Source: Gemmatimonadota bacterium
GTDB taxonomy: Bacteria; Gemmatimonadota; Gemmatimonadetes; Gemmatimonadales; GWC2-71-9
Assembly (NCBI GenBank): GCA_039584755.1
Contig: JBDGXD010000003.1
Span: 1-43,043 of the forward strand
Length of the DNA stretch: 43,043 nucleotides
Direction of reading: 5' to 3'
The notes below the pieces were generated by a model, which was not told the origin of the DNA, made no database searches, and worked only from the letters and a program-made list of their open reading frames with translations. The translations under genes were made by a program, and so were the position numbers. This document shows positions 1 to 8,798 of this stretch, in pieces (the first letter of the stretch is position 1; every line of letters starts with the position of its first letter).

Positions 1-474
1 TTGGAGCTGCTGGATGGAAAGGCCGTGGGGCTCCACCCAGCGAATACCGCCGCCCCGGCCAAAACCAGACCGGGTTGGCGCTATAAAGGAACACTACTAG
101 TAGTGACCGGCATGGACCGTGATGGCGCCGACGGCGACTTGGAGGCGCTGCAGGAGTTGCTCGAGACTTCGTGGCCGACTGTCCCGGTCTCCACCCTGAC
201 CGCAACAGGACTCAAGCAACTGGGCAAACGCACCTTCGAAGCGCTCGACATCATGCGGATCTACACCAAGGAGCCCGGCAAAGACGCGGATCTCGGTAAA
301 CCGTTTACGCTACGCCGTGGCTCCACCGTAGGCGATCTGGCCCGGGTGATCCACAAGGACATCGCGGAGGGACTGAAGTTCGCCCGCCTCTGGGGACCCA
401 GCGCGTTCGACGGTCAGTCGGTGAAGGAGGCGCACGTTCTGGAAGAGGGTGACGTGGTGGAGATTCATTGGTGA
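1..474 (+). CDS. DRG/OBG-family GTP-binding protein with C-terminal TGS domain (5'-partial)
   Basis: The C-terminal half 'MRIYTKEPGK...PFTLRRGSTVGDLARVIHKDIAEGLKFARLWG...GQSV...HVLEEGDVVEIH' is the typical DRG-type TGS domain. The frame is open at base 1, so the true start lies outside the window. Confidence 0.85.
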   Translation: MELLDGKAVGLHPANTAAPAKTRPGWRYKGTLLVVTGMDRDGADGDLEALQELLETSWPTVPVSTLTATGLKQLGKRTFEALDIMRIYTKEPGKDADLGKPFTLRRGSTVGDLARVIHKDIAEGLKFARLWGPSAFDGQSVKEAHVLEEGDVVEIHW

Positions 475-522
475 TCGCCCGGGGTGAGTAACGCGCCCTT
501 CAGGACGCAATTCTTTGCCGAG

Positions 523-539
523 CCGCGCTCTCAGCGCGG
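523..539. terminator. GC hairpin between convergent genes, possible terminator
   Basis: CCGCGCT-ctc-AGCGCGG is a perfect 7-bp stem between stops at 474 (+) and 564 (-). There is no clear U-tract. Confidence 0.3.
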
Positions 540-563
540 GACTGACAAAGCGGAGGCGCTCCC

Positions 564-1754
564 CTAACCCTCCCCCATCACGCAATACCGCGCGTACTCC
601 AAATCGAGATTCTTGTCGGTGAGGATCACGAAGTCACCCCGGCCGGCATGTTCGGCTGGGTCGAAAATTCGGAAGTCGGCGACATTGTCCATGGACACCA
701 CCAGACTGCGCGTTCCCGGTCGATAGTGCTGAACCTTCTCGGGAATGCCCGTGAAGTTCTCCACGTGGAAACCACCCACCATGTGCAGCACCAGAGCCCC
801 CGGAGTCGTATCCAGGTGCGTGCTGATCGCATGAGCCATGGAAGCGTCCCACAGAGCCTGGGCCTGAACACCGTTCTCCATGAATGAGCCCATGTGTGCA
901 GGTGGCTGGGCCGGTGGAGCCTCGGCGACAGGGTGGCTCGGCTGCTCGGCAACGTGCGCGCCGACCGAATCACCGTGCGCTGACACCTCACCCCCCGGCG
1001 GTATGCACTGCCGTTCCATCGGCATCTCGGCCATGAGAGCGAGCCATTCCGCCCGGTACGTATCGCTCGGTTCGGGATAAGGCAGTGGCGGCAACAAGCT
1101 CAGTCCGTACGCCGGCAGTTCGTCGAGCGCATCCCGGCCCAGCCGGGTGACTCTGTTCACGTAGCGACGTGGTGCGTTGGCGGCGATGACCGGGCTCCCA
1201 GCCTCCTTCGCCAGCTCAACCATCACCCGGTAGTCGGCGTCGTAGAATTTCCACGGGCGAGTGCTGGCCTTGAACTGTTGCTCCGTGATCAAGCCCTGCA
1301 GGTACTCGTCTACGATGCCCTGCACGTCACGTTCGAACATCTCCAACGAGAGAGCAACGGGACGAATAACGCCAGAACCCTCCGAAGCTTCGGCCGACGC
1401 CAGCGCCCCGCGCAACAACTCGGCCTGGATCCAGTGGCCGACCGGGTCGGTGTGTGACTCTCCCACCAGCACCACCTCCACGTCAGCCATGGCTCGCATG
1501 ACATCTGCCAACGACGCAGGCTCACCCTCGCCCGTGAACACGCGAAAGCGATCCATGTAGTCGACGTCCTGGGTGAGGGTGAGTGGAGGCAGAGATGGCA
1601 GACGGGGCAGTAGGGGCAGGGGCACCGCGTTCAGGTCCGACGACTCACGGGTTGGCTCTTGGGCAAGAGACGCAGGGCCCGGAACAACGACACTAATGCT
1701 CCCGAAAGCTAGGAGCGGCAGTGTCAGCAGGAACAGGGAGGAACGATTCATCAC
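564..1754 (-). CDS. ChaN/PhuW-like (haem-uptake / TIKI-superfamily) exported protein
   Basis: Motifs VVLVGESHT..H..Q, LSLEMFERDVQ, YRVMVELAK, VIAANAPR, QALWDASMA and HMVGGFHV. N-terminal signal peptide. The start may be ATG 1751. Confidence 0.85.
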   Translation of the reverse strand: MMNRSSLFLLTLPLLAFGSISVVVPGPASLAQEPTRESSDLNAVPLPLLPRLPSLPPLTLTQDVDYMDRFRVFTGEGEPASLADVMRAMADVEVVLVGESHTDPVGHWIQAELLRGALASAEASEGSGVIRPVALSLEMFERDVQGIVDEYLQGLITEQQFKASTRPWKFYDADYRVMVELAKEAGSPVIAANAPRRYVNRVTRLGRDALDELPAYGLSLLPPLPYPEPSDTYRAEWLALMAEMPMERQCIPPGGEVSAHGDSVGAHVAEQPSHPVAEAPPAQPPAHMGSFMENGVQAQALWDASMAHAISTHLDTTPGALVLHMVGGFHVENFTGIPEKVQHYRPGTRSLVVSMDNVADFRIFDPAEHAGRGDFVILTDKNLDLEYARYCVMGEG

Positions 1755-1956
1755 ATCTCATCCGCGATTCTGGGTAAAAGAGAATCTAGGCGCGCGCGGC
1801 CGCGTTGGAAGTGTGGAGCAGCGCGCTCGAACGAAGTGTGACGCCGTTCAGGAAAGGGTGCTCACACTCGAGTATGCAGCTCGGCCATCGGGCTGTCCAC
1901 CGCGGCCGATCCTCTCTGCCGCGCACGTCCGCTCCCGTTCGCGCTAATCCGCGGCC

Positions 1957-3804
1957 CTACTCGGTCGGATCCTCCGGACGCATCGTCTCGATGAAGTGGG
2001 CGCTCACCCACCATATGTCTCCCTCTCCGATGAAGAACATGAACCTGCCGTCGGGAGTGACGGCGGGGCAGAGACTGAACTCCACGTCCGCTATCTGCCC
2101 GCCGAGCGCCGCCGGACTAGTCCAGGAGCCGTCCGGGCTGCGGTAGCTGACAAAGAATTGGAAATCGAGCTCCGTCCCACCATGGCCTGTTGAAGTGAAG
2201 ATCAGGTAACTCTCGTCGGGGGCGATGAACGGGGTGTGCTCGTCCCCGGCGCTGTTTATCACCTCCCCCAGATTCTCCGGCTCTTGATGGCTTCCATCCA
2301 CGAAGCGTGAGCGGTAGATGTCTCTCCCCCCCATGCCTCCGTCCCGGACCGAGGAGAAGTAGAGGGTTTCGTCAGACGACACCGAGACTAGCCAATGCTG
2401 GTCGAAGTCGTTGACCAGGTGCGAGACCGGCAGTGGATCGGACCAGCCTGCTGGGGTCCGTTCCACGAACCAGATATTCTCCTTTCCCGCAGATCCGCTC
2501 GGCTCGAGCGGCCGCAGGGAGAGGAAGTAGAGCCGCTGGCCGTCGGGAGTGAAGATGGGCTCGCCGTCTCCCTCTTCCGAGCTGAAGGGTGCGGGACCAG
2601 GCGCGGTCCAAACGCCGTTCTCCTGCCGCATGGTGAGGATCGGGCCTCGGAACTTCTCCGTCCAGTACACCTCGTTCCCGTCGGGCGAAAACACCGCCGG
2701 ACTGTGCTCCGAATTGAAGCCATGCCCCGAGACGATCCCCGGGGCGAAGCGCCGGGGACTAGCTCCCGGCTCGGGCTGACCCAGGTAGGGGCCTCTGATC
2801 TCCGGGAAGCGAGGCGGATCCTGAGAGGCGCCCAGCGAGACAAACCGAGTGGCGGTCTCACCGTGTTCATTCTCCCGAGCAACGTGAAAGGCGGTCTTGC
2901 CCTGCCGAGTGGGCCGGTCGATCCTGGCGCCCCGTTGCAGCAGCCACTCGGCCAACTCCGTGCGCCCGTGCTCCGCCGCGATGTGGAGCGGGGTGACACC
3001 GTAGAGGTTCTCCTGGTCGAGCTCGACTCCTCGGGCCACCACCACTTCGGCGATGGCTGTGGATCCACCCCGAGCTACCGCGTGGAAGGTGTCCTCGTCC
3101 CACCACTCCAGACCTCTTTCTCCGGCGAGTTCCACAGCCAGATCGAATACACCTTCCAGTCCGTTGCTGGCGGCCACGTACGCCGCCCTCACAATGGACT
3201 CATCGTCTTCGGGGAGGCGCGCGCCGCTTTCCAGCAAGAAGTCGATGATCTCCGGCCTGCCGTAGAACAGTGTCGAGAAGAGAATCTCCTCGCCCCGAGC
3301 GGTACGGTCATTCACGTCCGCTCCGGCGGCGACCAGGTGCCGCACAGTTTCCAGGTCGTCACCCCAGTTGGTGGCCAGGAACAGCGCCGTACGACCACGA
3401 AACTCTCTTGCCATGGGATCGGCGCCGTTCTCCAGCAGGAACCGGGTCAGGGCCGCATTCCCAGCGTACGCAGCCAAGTGGAGGGGAGTCCGCTCCTCCA
3501 CATCGGTTGCCGCGACGTCGGCTCCTAACTCCAGAAGGATTTCTGCGGCCTGCAACTGACCCGCCGCAACCGCGTGGTGCAATGCGGTCTGGAGATTCTC
3601 GTCCGCCTCGCTGAGCAGCGCGTCATCCCGGGCCAGAAGATCGCGGATACGGTCGATGTCGCCATCTCTGGCGGCCTCGTGAAGCGCGGTGGCTCCACCT
3701 TCCTGGGAATCGCGTGAGCCGCAACCGAGCGCGGTTGTGCAGAGCAGGAGGGGGATGACAAGGGCAACGACCGAGAGCCTGAAAGACGTAGAGGTTTTCC
3801 TCAT
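1957..3804 (-). CDS. Ankyrin-repeat + PD40 (WD40-like beta-propeller) lipoprotein
   Basis: Lipobox TALGC. Several ankyrin repeats (TALHEAA, TALHHAV, TPLHLAA, TALFLA, TPLHIAA, TAFHVA). C-terminal GPYLGQ..PG followed by PD40 repeats (FSPDG, FTPDG, PFIAPDESYLIFTS, VTPDGRFMFF). Confidence 0.88.
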   Translation of the reverse strand: MRKTSTSFRLSVVALVIPLLLCTTALGCGSRDSQEGGATALHEAARDGDIDRIRDLLARDDALLSEADENLQTALHHAVAAGQLQAAEILLELGADVAATDVEERTPLHLAAYAGNAALTRFLLENGADPMAREFRGRTALFLATNWGDDLETVRHLVAAGADVNDRTARGEEILFSTLFYGRPEIIDFLLESGARLPEDDESIVRAAYVAASNGLEGVFDLAVELAGERGLEWWDEDTFHAVARGGSTAIAEVVVARGVELDQENLYGVTPLHIAAEHGRTELAEWLLQRGARIDRPTRQGKTAFHVARENEHGETATRFVSLGASQDPPRFPEIRGPYLGQPEPGASPRRFAPGIVSGHGFNSEHSPAVFSPDGNEVYWTEKFRGPILTMRQENGVWTAPGPAPFSSEEGDGEPIFTPDGQRLYFLSLRPLEPSGSAGKENIWFVERTPAGWSDPLPVSHLVNDFDQHWLVSVSSDETLYFSSVRDGGMGGRDIYRSRFVDGSHQEPENLGEVINSAGDEHTPFIAPDESYLIFTSTGHGGTELDFQFFVSYRSPDGSWTSPAALGGQIADVEFSLCPAVTPDGRFMFFIGEGDIWWVSAHFIETMRPEDPTE

Positions 3805-3943
3805 CGTGGCTTTCCTCTATTGGGAAGCGGGGTACCGAACAAGAATACTAGATCCACCAGGCACCGTGGCCACGCTGCGGGTCCGAGATGAAGGCGCAAC
3901 CGCAACATCTGAAGTCTGCGACTGTATAAGGAACTACGGAGAC

Positions 3944-5047
3944 ATGTTCATGTATCCACGGCGCCGGTCTACTCTATGCTCCACGCGATTGCAGCGTGTT
4001 GTGCTCGCGACCTGCCTCAGCTTCTTCCTGGCATCGTGCTCAACTGAACCCACCGACACGTCTCCCTACCCCGTAGCCGACGCCCAGAACGTCGATGGCT
4101 GGGAGCTGGCGGACGCCGCCGTTCTGTTGTCTCAGGTTGACGGAATGCGTGGCTTCCTCGTAGCGCGGAACGGCGTTCTTGTCCTCGAGGAGTACTTCAA
4201 CGCAATAGGCCCCGACAGCACGATGGACGTTCGCTCGGTCACAAAGAGCTTCACGTCGGCGCTCATCGGTATTGCAATCACCAAGGGCTTCATCGAGAGT
4301 ACTGACGACACGCTTGGGGAGTATCTCGTCCCTGGCGTGGTGGACCACCTCGATCCCGACAAAGCCGCCATCTCGATTCATCATTTGCTGACGATGTCGG
4401 CCGGACTTGAGTGGCGGCAAGGTCGTTTGGGCAGTGACTTCACGAATTGGTATCTGTCAGACGACCATGTGCAATTCGTGCTCGACAAACCGCTAGTCGC
4501 GGTATCCGGAACTACATTCGCCTACAGTGACGGGATGGCCCACCTGCTTTCGGTCGTTCTCACCGAAGCCACCGGCAGGAACGCCGATGAATTCGCCGCC
4601 GAGCATCTGTTTGCACCCCTCGGAATTGATGAGCGAACGTGGTTGCGTGGGAACCGCGGCTACAACTTCGGCGGTGTGCGGCTTCAGATCTCGTTGCCAG
4701 ACATGTGGAAGTTTGGAGAACTATATCTCAACCACGGTCGCATTGGTGGAAACCCGATTGTACCCGAACTGTGGGTCCAGCGATCGACGCAAGCGTACCT
4801 TAGCACGGATGGTTACAGTCCGTTCGGCCCAGAGTACGGCTACCTCTGGTGGATCGGCGAGGGCGCTCCCTACGAGTTCTACTTCGCCAACGGGTACGGT
4901 GGCCAATTCATCGTGGTAGTCCCGGCGACACGAATGGTAATCGTGACTCAGTGTCAGCCGAGCGGGTTCACACGGGACGAGGCCGAGATGCACTGGTACA
5001 CGATCCTACGCACGGTCGTCGAGCGAGTGATTCCTGCGGCGAGGTGA
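3944..5047 (+). CDS. Serine hydrolase, beta-lactamase class C / NylB-like family, probable lipoprotein
   Basis: SxxK (RSVTKS), HLLTMSAGL, FAYSD, YGYLWW and ANGYGGQ motifs; lipobox LASC. Start moved from 3689 to ATG 3944 (GGAGA just upstream, no overlap with the divergent gene); ATG 3950 is also possible. Confidence 0.88.
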   Translation: MFMYPRRRSTLCSTRLQRVVLATCLSFFLASCSTEPTDTSPYPVADAQNVDGWELADAAVLLSQVDGMRGFLVARNGVLVLEEYFNAIGPDSTMDVRSVTKSFTSALIGIAITKGFIESTDDTLGEYLVPGVVDHLDPDKAAISIHHLLTMSAGLEWRQGRLGSDFTNWYLSDDHVQFVLDKPLVAVSGTTFAYSDGMAHLLSVVLTEATGRNADEFAAEHLFAPLGIDERTWLRGNRGYNFGGVRLQISLPDMWKFGELYLNHGRIGGNPIVPELWVQRSTQAYLSTDGYSPFGPEYGYLWWIGEGAPYEFYFANGYGGQFIVVVPATRMVIVTQCQPSGFTRDEAEMHWYTILRTVVERVIPAAR

Positions 5048-5092
5048 TGGGTCGATCCTGGCGCCGCCGGCTTCTGCGGTAGTCGCGGCGCC

Positions 5093-7816
5093 CTACTCTG
5101 CCCTGAGCGCAACCACCGGATCTATCTTCACCGCCCTCCGGGCCGGAACGAGGCATGCAACGGCGCCGATTACCAGCAGCAACGCAATCACGCCGGCATA
5201 GGTGACCGCATCGGTTGGGGCGACCTCGTACAACTGCGCCCGCAACAAGCGCGTCACGGCAGCCGATGCGGGTATTCCTATTGCCAAGCCAAGGGTAACC
5301 AGTAAGAGCCCGCGACCGACAACCGACCGCATCACATCGGCGCCAGTCGCCCCCAACGCCACGCGAACGCCGATTTCCTGGGTGCGTCTGGTGACGTAAT
5401 ACGCGAGTACCCCGTATAGTCCAATTGCAGCCAACAGCAATGCCACTCCACCAAACAGCCCGATGGCAACGCTCATCACGCGACTGCTCTCGATTGACTC
5501 CGACAGGAGATCGTTCATGGTGGCCACGTTCGAGAGCGGCACGTCGCTATCTAGCTGTAGCACCGCGGCCCGGATGCCCGGTGTGAGAGCCGTCGGATTG
5601 CCCGAAGCTCGCACTACCAGATTCATCGACGACCAAGCAGACCTGGCATGGTTGAAGTACATCTGCGGCGCCGGTGCCAGGTCTACCGACGTAATGCGCG
5701 CGTCACCAACCACACCGATTATCTCCAACCCTTCCGGAGCACTCACGAAGTTATAGATGGTCACCCTGCGCCCGATTGGATCTTGATTCGGGAACAGTCG
5801 CCGTGCGGCTGATTGATTGATCACCAACAATGGTTGCGGGTTTGCCGCATCTTCATACTCATGGTCGCGGCCCATGAGTACGGGAATACCCATTGTCGTG
5901 AAGTATCCTGGCAGCGCCGTACGCGAATAGACGGCCACCCTACCGCTGGGATCTGGCGGTGGGTTGTCGGAATCCCAGGCAGCCCAATCCATGTATGGGT
6001 GGACGACCGGTATGTGGCTGATGGCTGACGCGGCTTCCACACCGGGGATCGCCTTAATGTCCTGGAGCAGGGTGCGGTAGAATCGCGTGCGCTCCTCACT
6101 GTCATAGTCCGAAGAGGAGATCTGCACCTTTGCAGTCAGCAGGTCCTCGGTAGCGAACCCGACGTCTACGCCCTTCAGCTGCACGAAGCTCCTGAGCAGC
6201 AGTCCCGACGCTGCAATGAGCACAACCGTGAGCGCGACCTGTAGCACCACCAACCCGCTGCGGATTCGCGTGGTACGGCCACGGGCAGAAGTCCGCTTAC
6301 CGCTACTCAAAGTGGCGGCCGGATTCACCTGAGACGCTGTCAGCGCTGGCCCGACGCCAAACACGATCGCTGTAGCGAACGATGCCACCAAGGCGAATCC
6401 GAGCATCGACAGCGGCATGCCGATCGCACCGATCCCTAGCGAGTCCAGCGGCATGAACACGATGATGAGCCGCTGTATCCACAAAGCCAGCACAGTGCCA
6501 AGACTCCCAGCGATGATCGCCAGAATCAGGCTCTCCGTCATGAACTGACGGATCAGTCTCGTTCGCGATGCCCCCAGCGCAGCCCTGGCGGATAGCTCCA
6601 GCTGGCGGGTCGAGCCTCGTGCGAGCAGCAGGTTTGCCACATTGCCGCAAGCGATGAGCAACACCAGCCCGGTGGCAGCCATTAGCAGAATCAGATCCGG
6701 GCGGTAACCCTCTACCAGCGCCTCGCTCAGTTTGGTGAGAAGCAGACCTTTGTCCTCATGCGTCTCGGGATAGGCTTCGGCCAGCTGGCTGGCGATGACA
6801 TTCACTTGCGACTGGGCCTGTTCCAAGGAGACATCCGGACGCAGGCGGCCAACGATCTGCCAGCTGTGCGACGATCTGCCACCGGTATCCATGTAACCGT
6901 CGCGTATCGGCAACCAGATGTCAGTGTCGTAGCGGAAGCGGTAATCGGCGGGCATCACGCCTATGATCGTGGTGGGATATCCTTCCACCGAGATGGTCCG
7001 GCCGATGACATCAGTCGACCCTCCAAACCGACGCTGCCAGTAACCGTGACTGACCAGCGTGACATTGGGCGCACCCGGTTCCCCCTCATCAGTCGTGAAC
7101 TGCCTACCCAGCTGTGGCTCGACACCCAGGGCGGAAAAGAAGTCGACCGTTATCCAGTTGCCACTCACACGCTCCGCTTCGGCCAGACCCGTAATGGGAA
7201 ACCACTGCAGACCGGACCGGATGAGAGCCAAGGACTCAAACGCATCACTGCGGTCACGGAAGTCGATGTAGTCGGGATAGGAGACAACCGAGTTGACCCT
7301 GTCACCGAACGTCGCCCTACCATACACCAATCGCTCGGCGCTCGGGTACGGGAGATCTCGGATGAGTACCGCATCAAGTACACTGAACATGGCCACGTTT
7401 GCGCCGATGCCGACAGCAAGTGTAGCAACGGCCGCGAGGGTGAACAGCGGTGACCGGACCAATACTCGCTTCGCGTAGATGATGTCCTGTGTGAACGCAT
7501 CAATAGAACCGGCTCTGCGTACGGGCCTATCACCCTGTTTGCGGTTGCGCTTGCGTGGTGGTTTGCTTCCACCGATCGGGCTCAAGAGGAACGATGCGTT
7601 GTTCCTGACCGCGTTCGACAGGATGTCGCCTAACACGTCCTTGTAGAACCGGATCGCACCGAACGCTCCCTGGTTGTAGCGCGGCTCCTGGCGCTGCTTG
7701 GCAAGGAACCGCACGATATCCGGACCCCATTGCCGCCGCAGCGACTTGGGGTAGGCGAGCAGCAGGATTCTGAACCCGATGCTGCCGCGACTCTCCGACC
7801 GACCCGGCGCGGTCAC
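5093..7816 (-). CDS. ADOP-family duplicated orphan ABC permease (MacB_PCD/FtsX x2)
   Basis: Motifs TLAVGIGANVAMFSV, LLIACGNVANLLLARG, RAALGASR, GLYGVLAYYVTRRTQEIGVRVALGA and PARRAVKIDPVVALRAE. Its GTG overlaps the padR stop (GTGA at 7816-7813). Confidence 0.93.
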   Translation of the reverse strand: MTAPGRSESRGSIGFRILLLAYPKSLRRQWGPDIVRFLAKQRQEPRYNQGAFGAIRFYKDVLGDILSNAVRNNASFLLSPIGGSKPPRKRNRKQGDRPVRRAGSIDAFTQDIIYAKRVLVRSPLFTLAAVATLAVGIGANVAMFSVLDAVLIRDLPYPSAERLVYGRATFGDRVNSVVSYPDYIDFRDRSDAFESLALIRSGLQWFPITGLAEAERVSGNWITVDFFSALGVEPQLGRQFTTDEGEPGAPNVTLVSHGYWQRRFGGSTDVIGRTISVEGYPTTIIGVMPADYRFRYDTDIWLPIRDGYMDTGGRSSHSWQIVGRLRPDVSLEQAQSQVNVIASQLAEAYPETHEDKGLLLTKLSEALVEGYRPDLILLMAATGLVLLIACGNVANLLLARGSTRQLELSARAALGASRTRLIRQFMTESLILAIIAGSLGTVLALWIQRLIIVFMPLDSLGIGAIGMPLSMLGFALVASFATAIVFGVGPALTASQVNPAATLSSGKRTSARGRTTRIRSGLVVLQVALTVVLIAASGLLLRSFVQLKGVDVGFATEDLLTAKVQISSSDYDSEERTRFYRTLLQDIKAIPGVEAASAISHIPVVHPYMDWAAWDSDNPPPDPSGRVAVYSRTALPGYFTTMGIPVLMGRDHEYEDAANPQPLLVINQSAARRLFPNQDPIGRRVTIYNFVSAPEGLEIIGVVGDARITSVDLAPAPQMYFNHARSAWSSMNLVVRASGNPTALTPGIRAAVLQLDSDVPLSNVATMNDLLSESIESSRVMSVAIGLFGGVALLLAAIGLYGVLAYYVTRRTQEIGVRVALGATGADVMRSVVGRGLLLVTLGLAIGIPASAAVTRLLRAQLYEVAPTDAVTYAGVIALLLVIGAVACLVPARRAVKIDPVVALRAE

Positions 7817-8181
7817 GGAGTCTCTCTGGCATGTGCCCGCGGGATGCGAGCGCGCACCAGCTCCAAATCGTTTTCCAGGCGCACCACCTCCAGATCGAGT
7901 ACCTCTCGTCCGAGGTCCGTGATCTCGTAGAACCGCCAGCGGGAACCGGCTTCCTGGCCGCTCTCTTGCGGCGGCGGCGACTCCTCGAGCAAGCCCTCGC
8001 GCTCCATCCGTTGGATACCCGTGTAGAGGGTACCGGCACCGAGCCGCACCACACCGTTGGTGCGATCCTCCACCTCGCGCTTGATCGCGTACCCGTGCAT
8101 CGGGCCGGCGGCGAGGGTTGCGAGTATATGGAAGGTTGCCGGAGTGAGCGGCAGGAAGGCCTGGGCATCGTCGTGCTTCAT
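7813..8181 (-). CDS. PadR-family transcriptional regulator
   Basis: PLTPATFHILATL...MHGYAI...LGAGTLY...RWRFYEITDLGR; directly upstream of the ADOP permease. Confidence 0.93.
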   Translation of the reverse strand: MKHDDAQAFLPLTPATFHILATLAAGPMHGYAIKREVEDRTNGVVRLGAGTLYTGIQRMEREGLLEESPPPQESGQEAGSRWRFYEITDLGREVLDLEVVRLENDLELVRARIPRAHARETP

Positions 8182-8207
8182 TGATCCGCCTGGTCTATTG
8201 GCAAAGT

Positions 8208-8240
8208 ATTATCGATCATCGATAGTCGATCGTCGATAAT
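8208..8240. promoter_or_regulatory. Palindromic operator-like site upstream of padR-1
   Basis: Perfect TATCGAT-C-ATCGATA (8210-8224), an imperfect copy 14 bp later (AGTCGAT-C-GTCGATA), and outer ATTATCGA...TCGATAAT. AT-rich and about 30-60 bp upstream of the ATG at 8181. Confidence 0.65.
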
Positions 8241-8282
8241 GCTAATAGCAACTGCCTGGCGGGACAAGCTCTGCCAAGGGCC

Positions 8283-8789
8283 GGTCGGGATTTCGACATC
8301 TGGGTGCTACCCATGAAGAGCGGGCAGCGTCCGCGTGCCGTTCTCGACGGGCCGGAAGAAACCCTATTCCCGGCGATCTCACCCGATGGCCGCTGGCTCG
8401 CCTACTCCGAAACGGGCACGCAGGGCGACCGGGTGTTCGTGACCGACTTCCCTGAAGGCCGGGGGCGCTGGCAGATCTCAGCAAACGGGATGGCCCCTCT
8501 GTGGAGCCCGAACGGCCGCGAGCTGTACTTTCAGCAGCAGACGCCTGAGGGGCGCATAGCGGTGTTCGCAGTAGAAGTTGCCGACGGGCTGACATTCACG
8601 CCGGGCCGCGTGACACAGCTGTTCGACGGACCGTTCGTGGGCCCGATTCCGTTCGGCCGCAGCTACGATATCGCGCCGGATGGCGAGCGCTTCCTGATGG
8701 TGCGGCAACCCGTGGGGGGCGAGGTCCTGACGAATCTCGCCGTCGTGGTGAACTGGTTCGCGGAGCTGAGGCAGCGGCTGGAAAAGTGA
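8283..8789 (+). pseudogene. C-terminal remnant of a TolB-like/PD40 beta-propeller protein (type usually fused to Ser/Thr kinases)
   Basis: GRDFDIWVLP...PAISPDGRWLAYS...GRWQISANG..PLWSPNGRELYF...YDIAPDGERFLMV...VVVNWFAEL. The family-like sequence begins upstream of the first start codon (8304) and an in-frame TAG lies at 8223-8225. Confidence 0.75.
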
Positions 8790-8798
8790 GCGGCGGCC

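Noticed and set aside
2395-3528. 377-aa + strand ORF, and similar long antisense ORFs such as 6758-7453, 17375-18073, 23118-23819, 25706-26386 and 40522-41454
   Set aside because: These are shadow frames of well-supported genes in GC-rich DNA and have no recognisable motifs.
3689-3943. N-terminal extensions in the ORF track (also 18098-18268, 18224-18385, 28207-28344, 33399-33473, 42374-42415)
   Set aside because: Several overlap neighbouring genes, and downstream starts fit the RBS and signal-peptide positions better.
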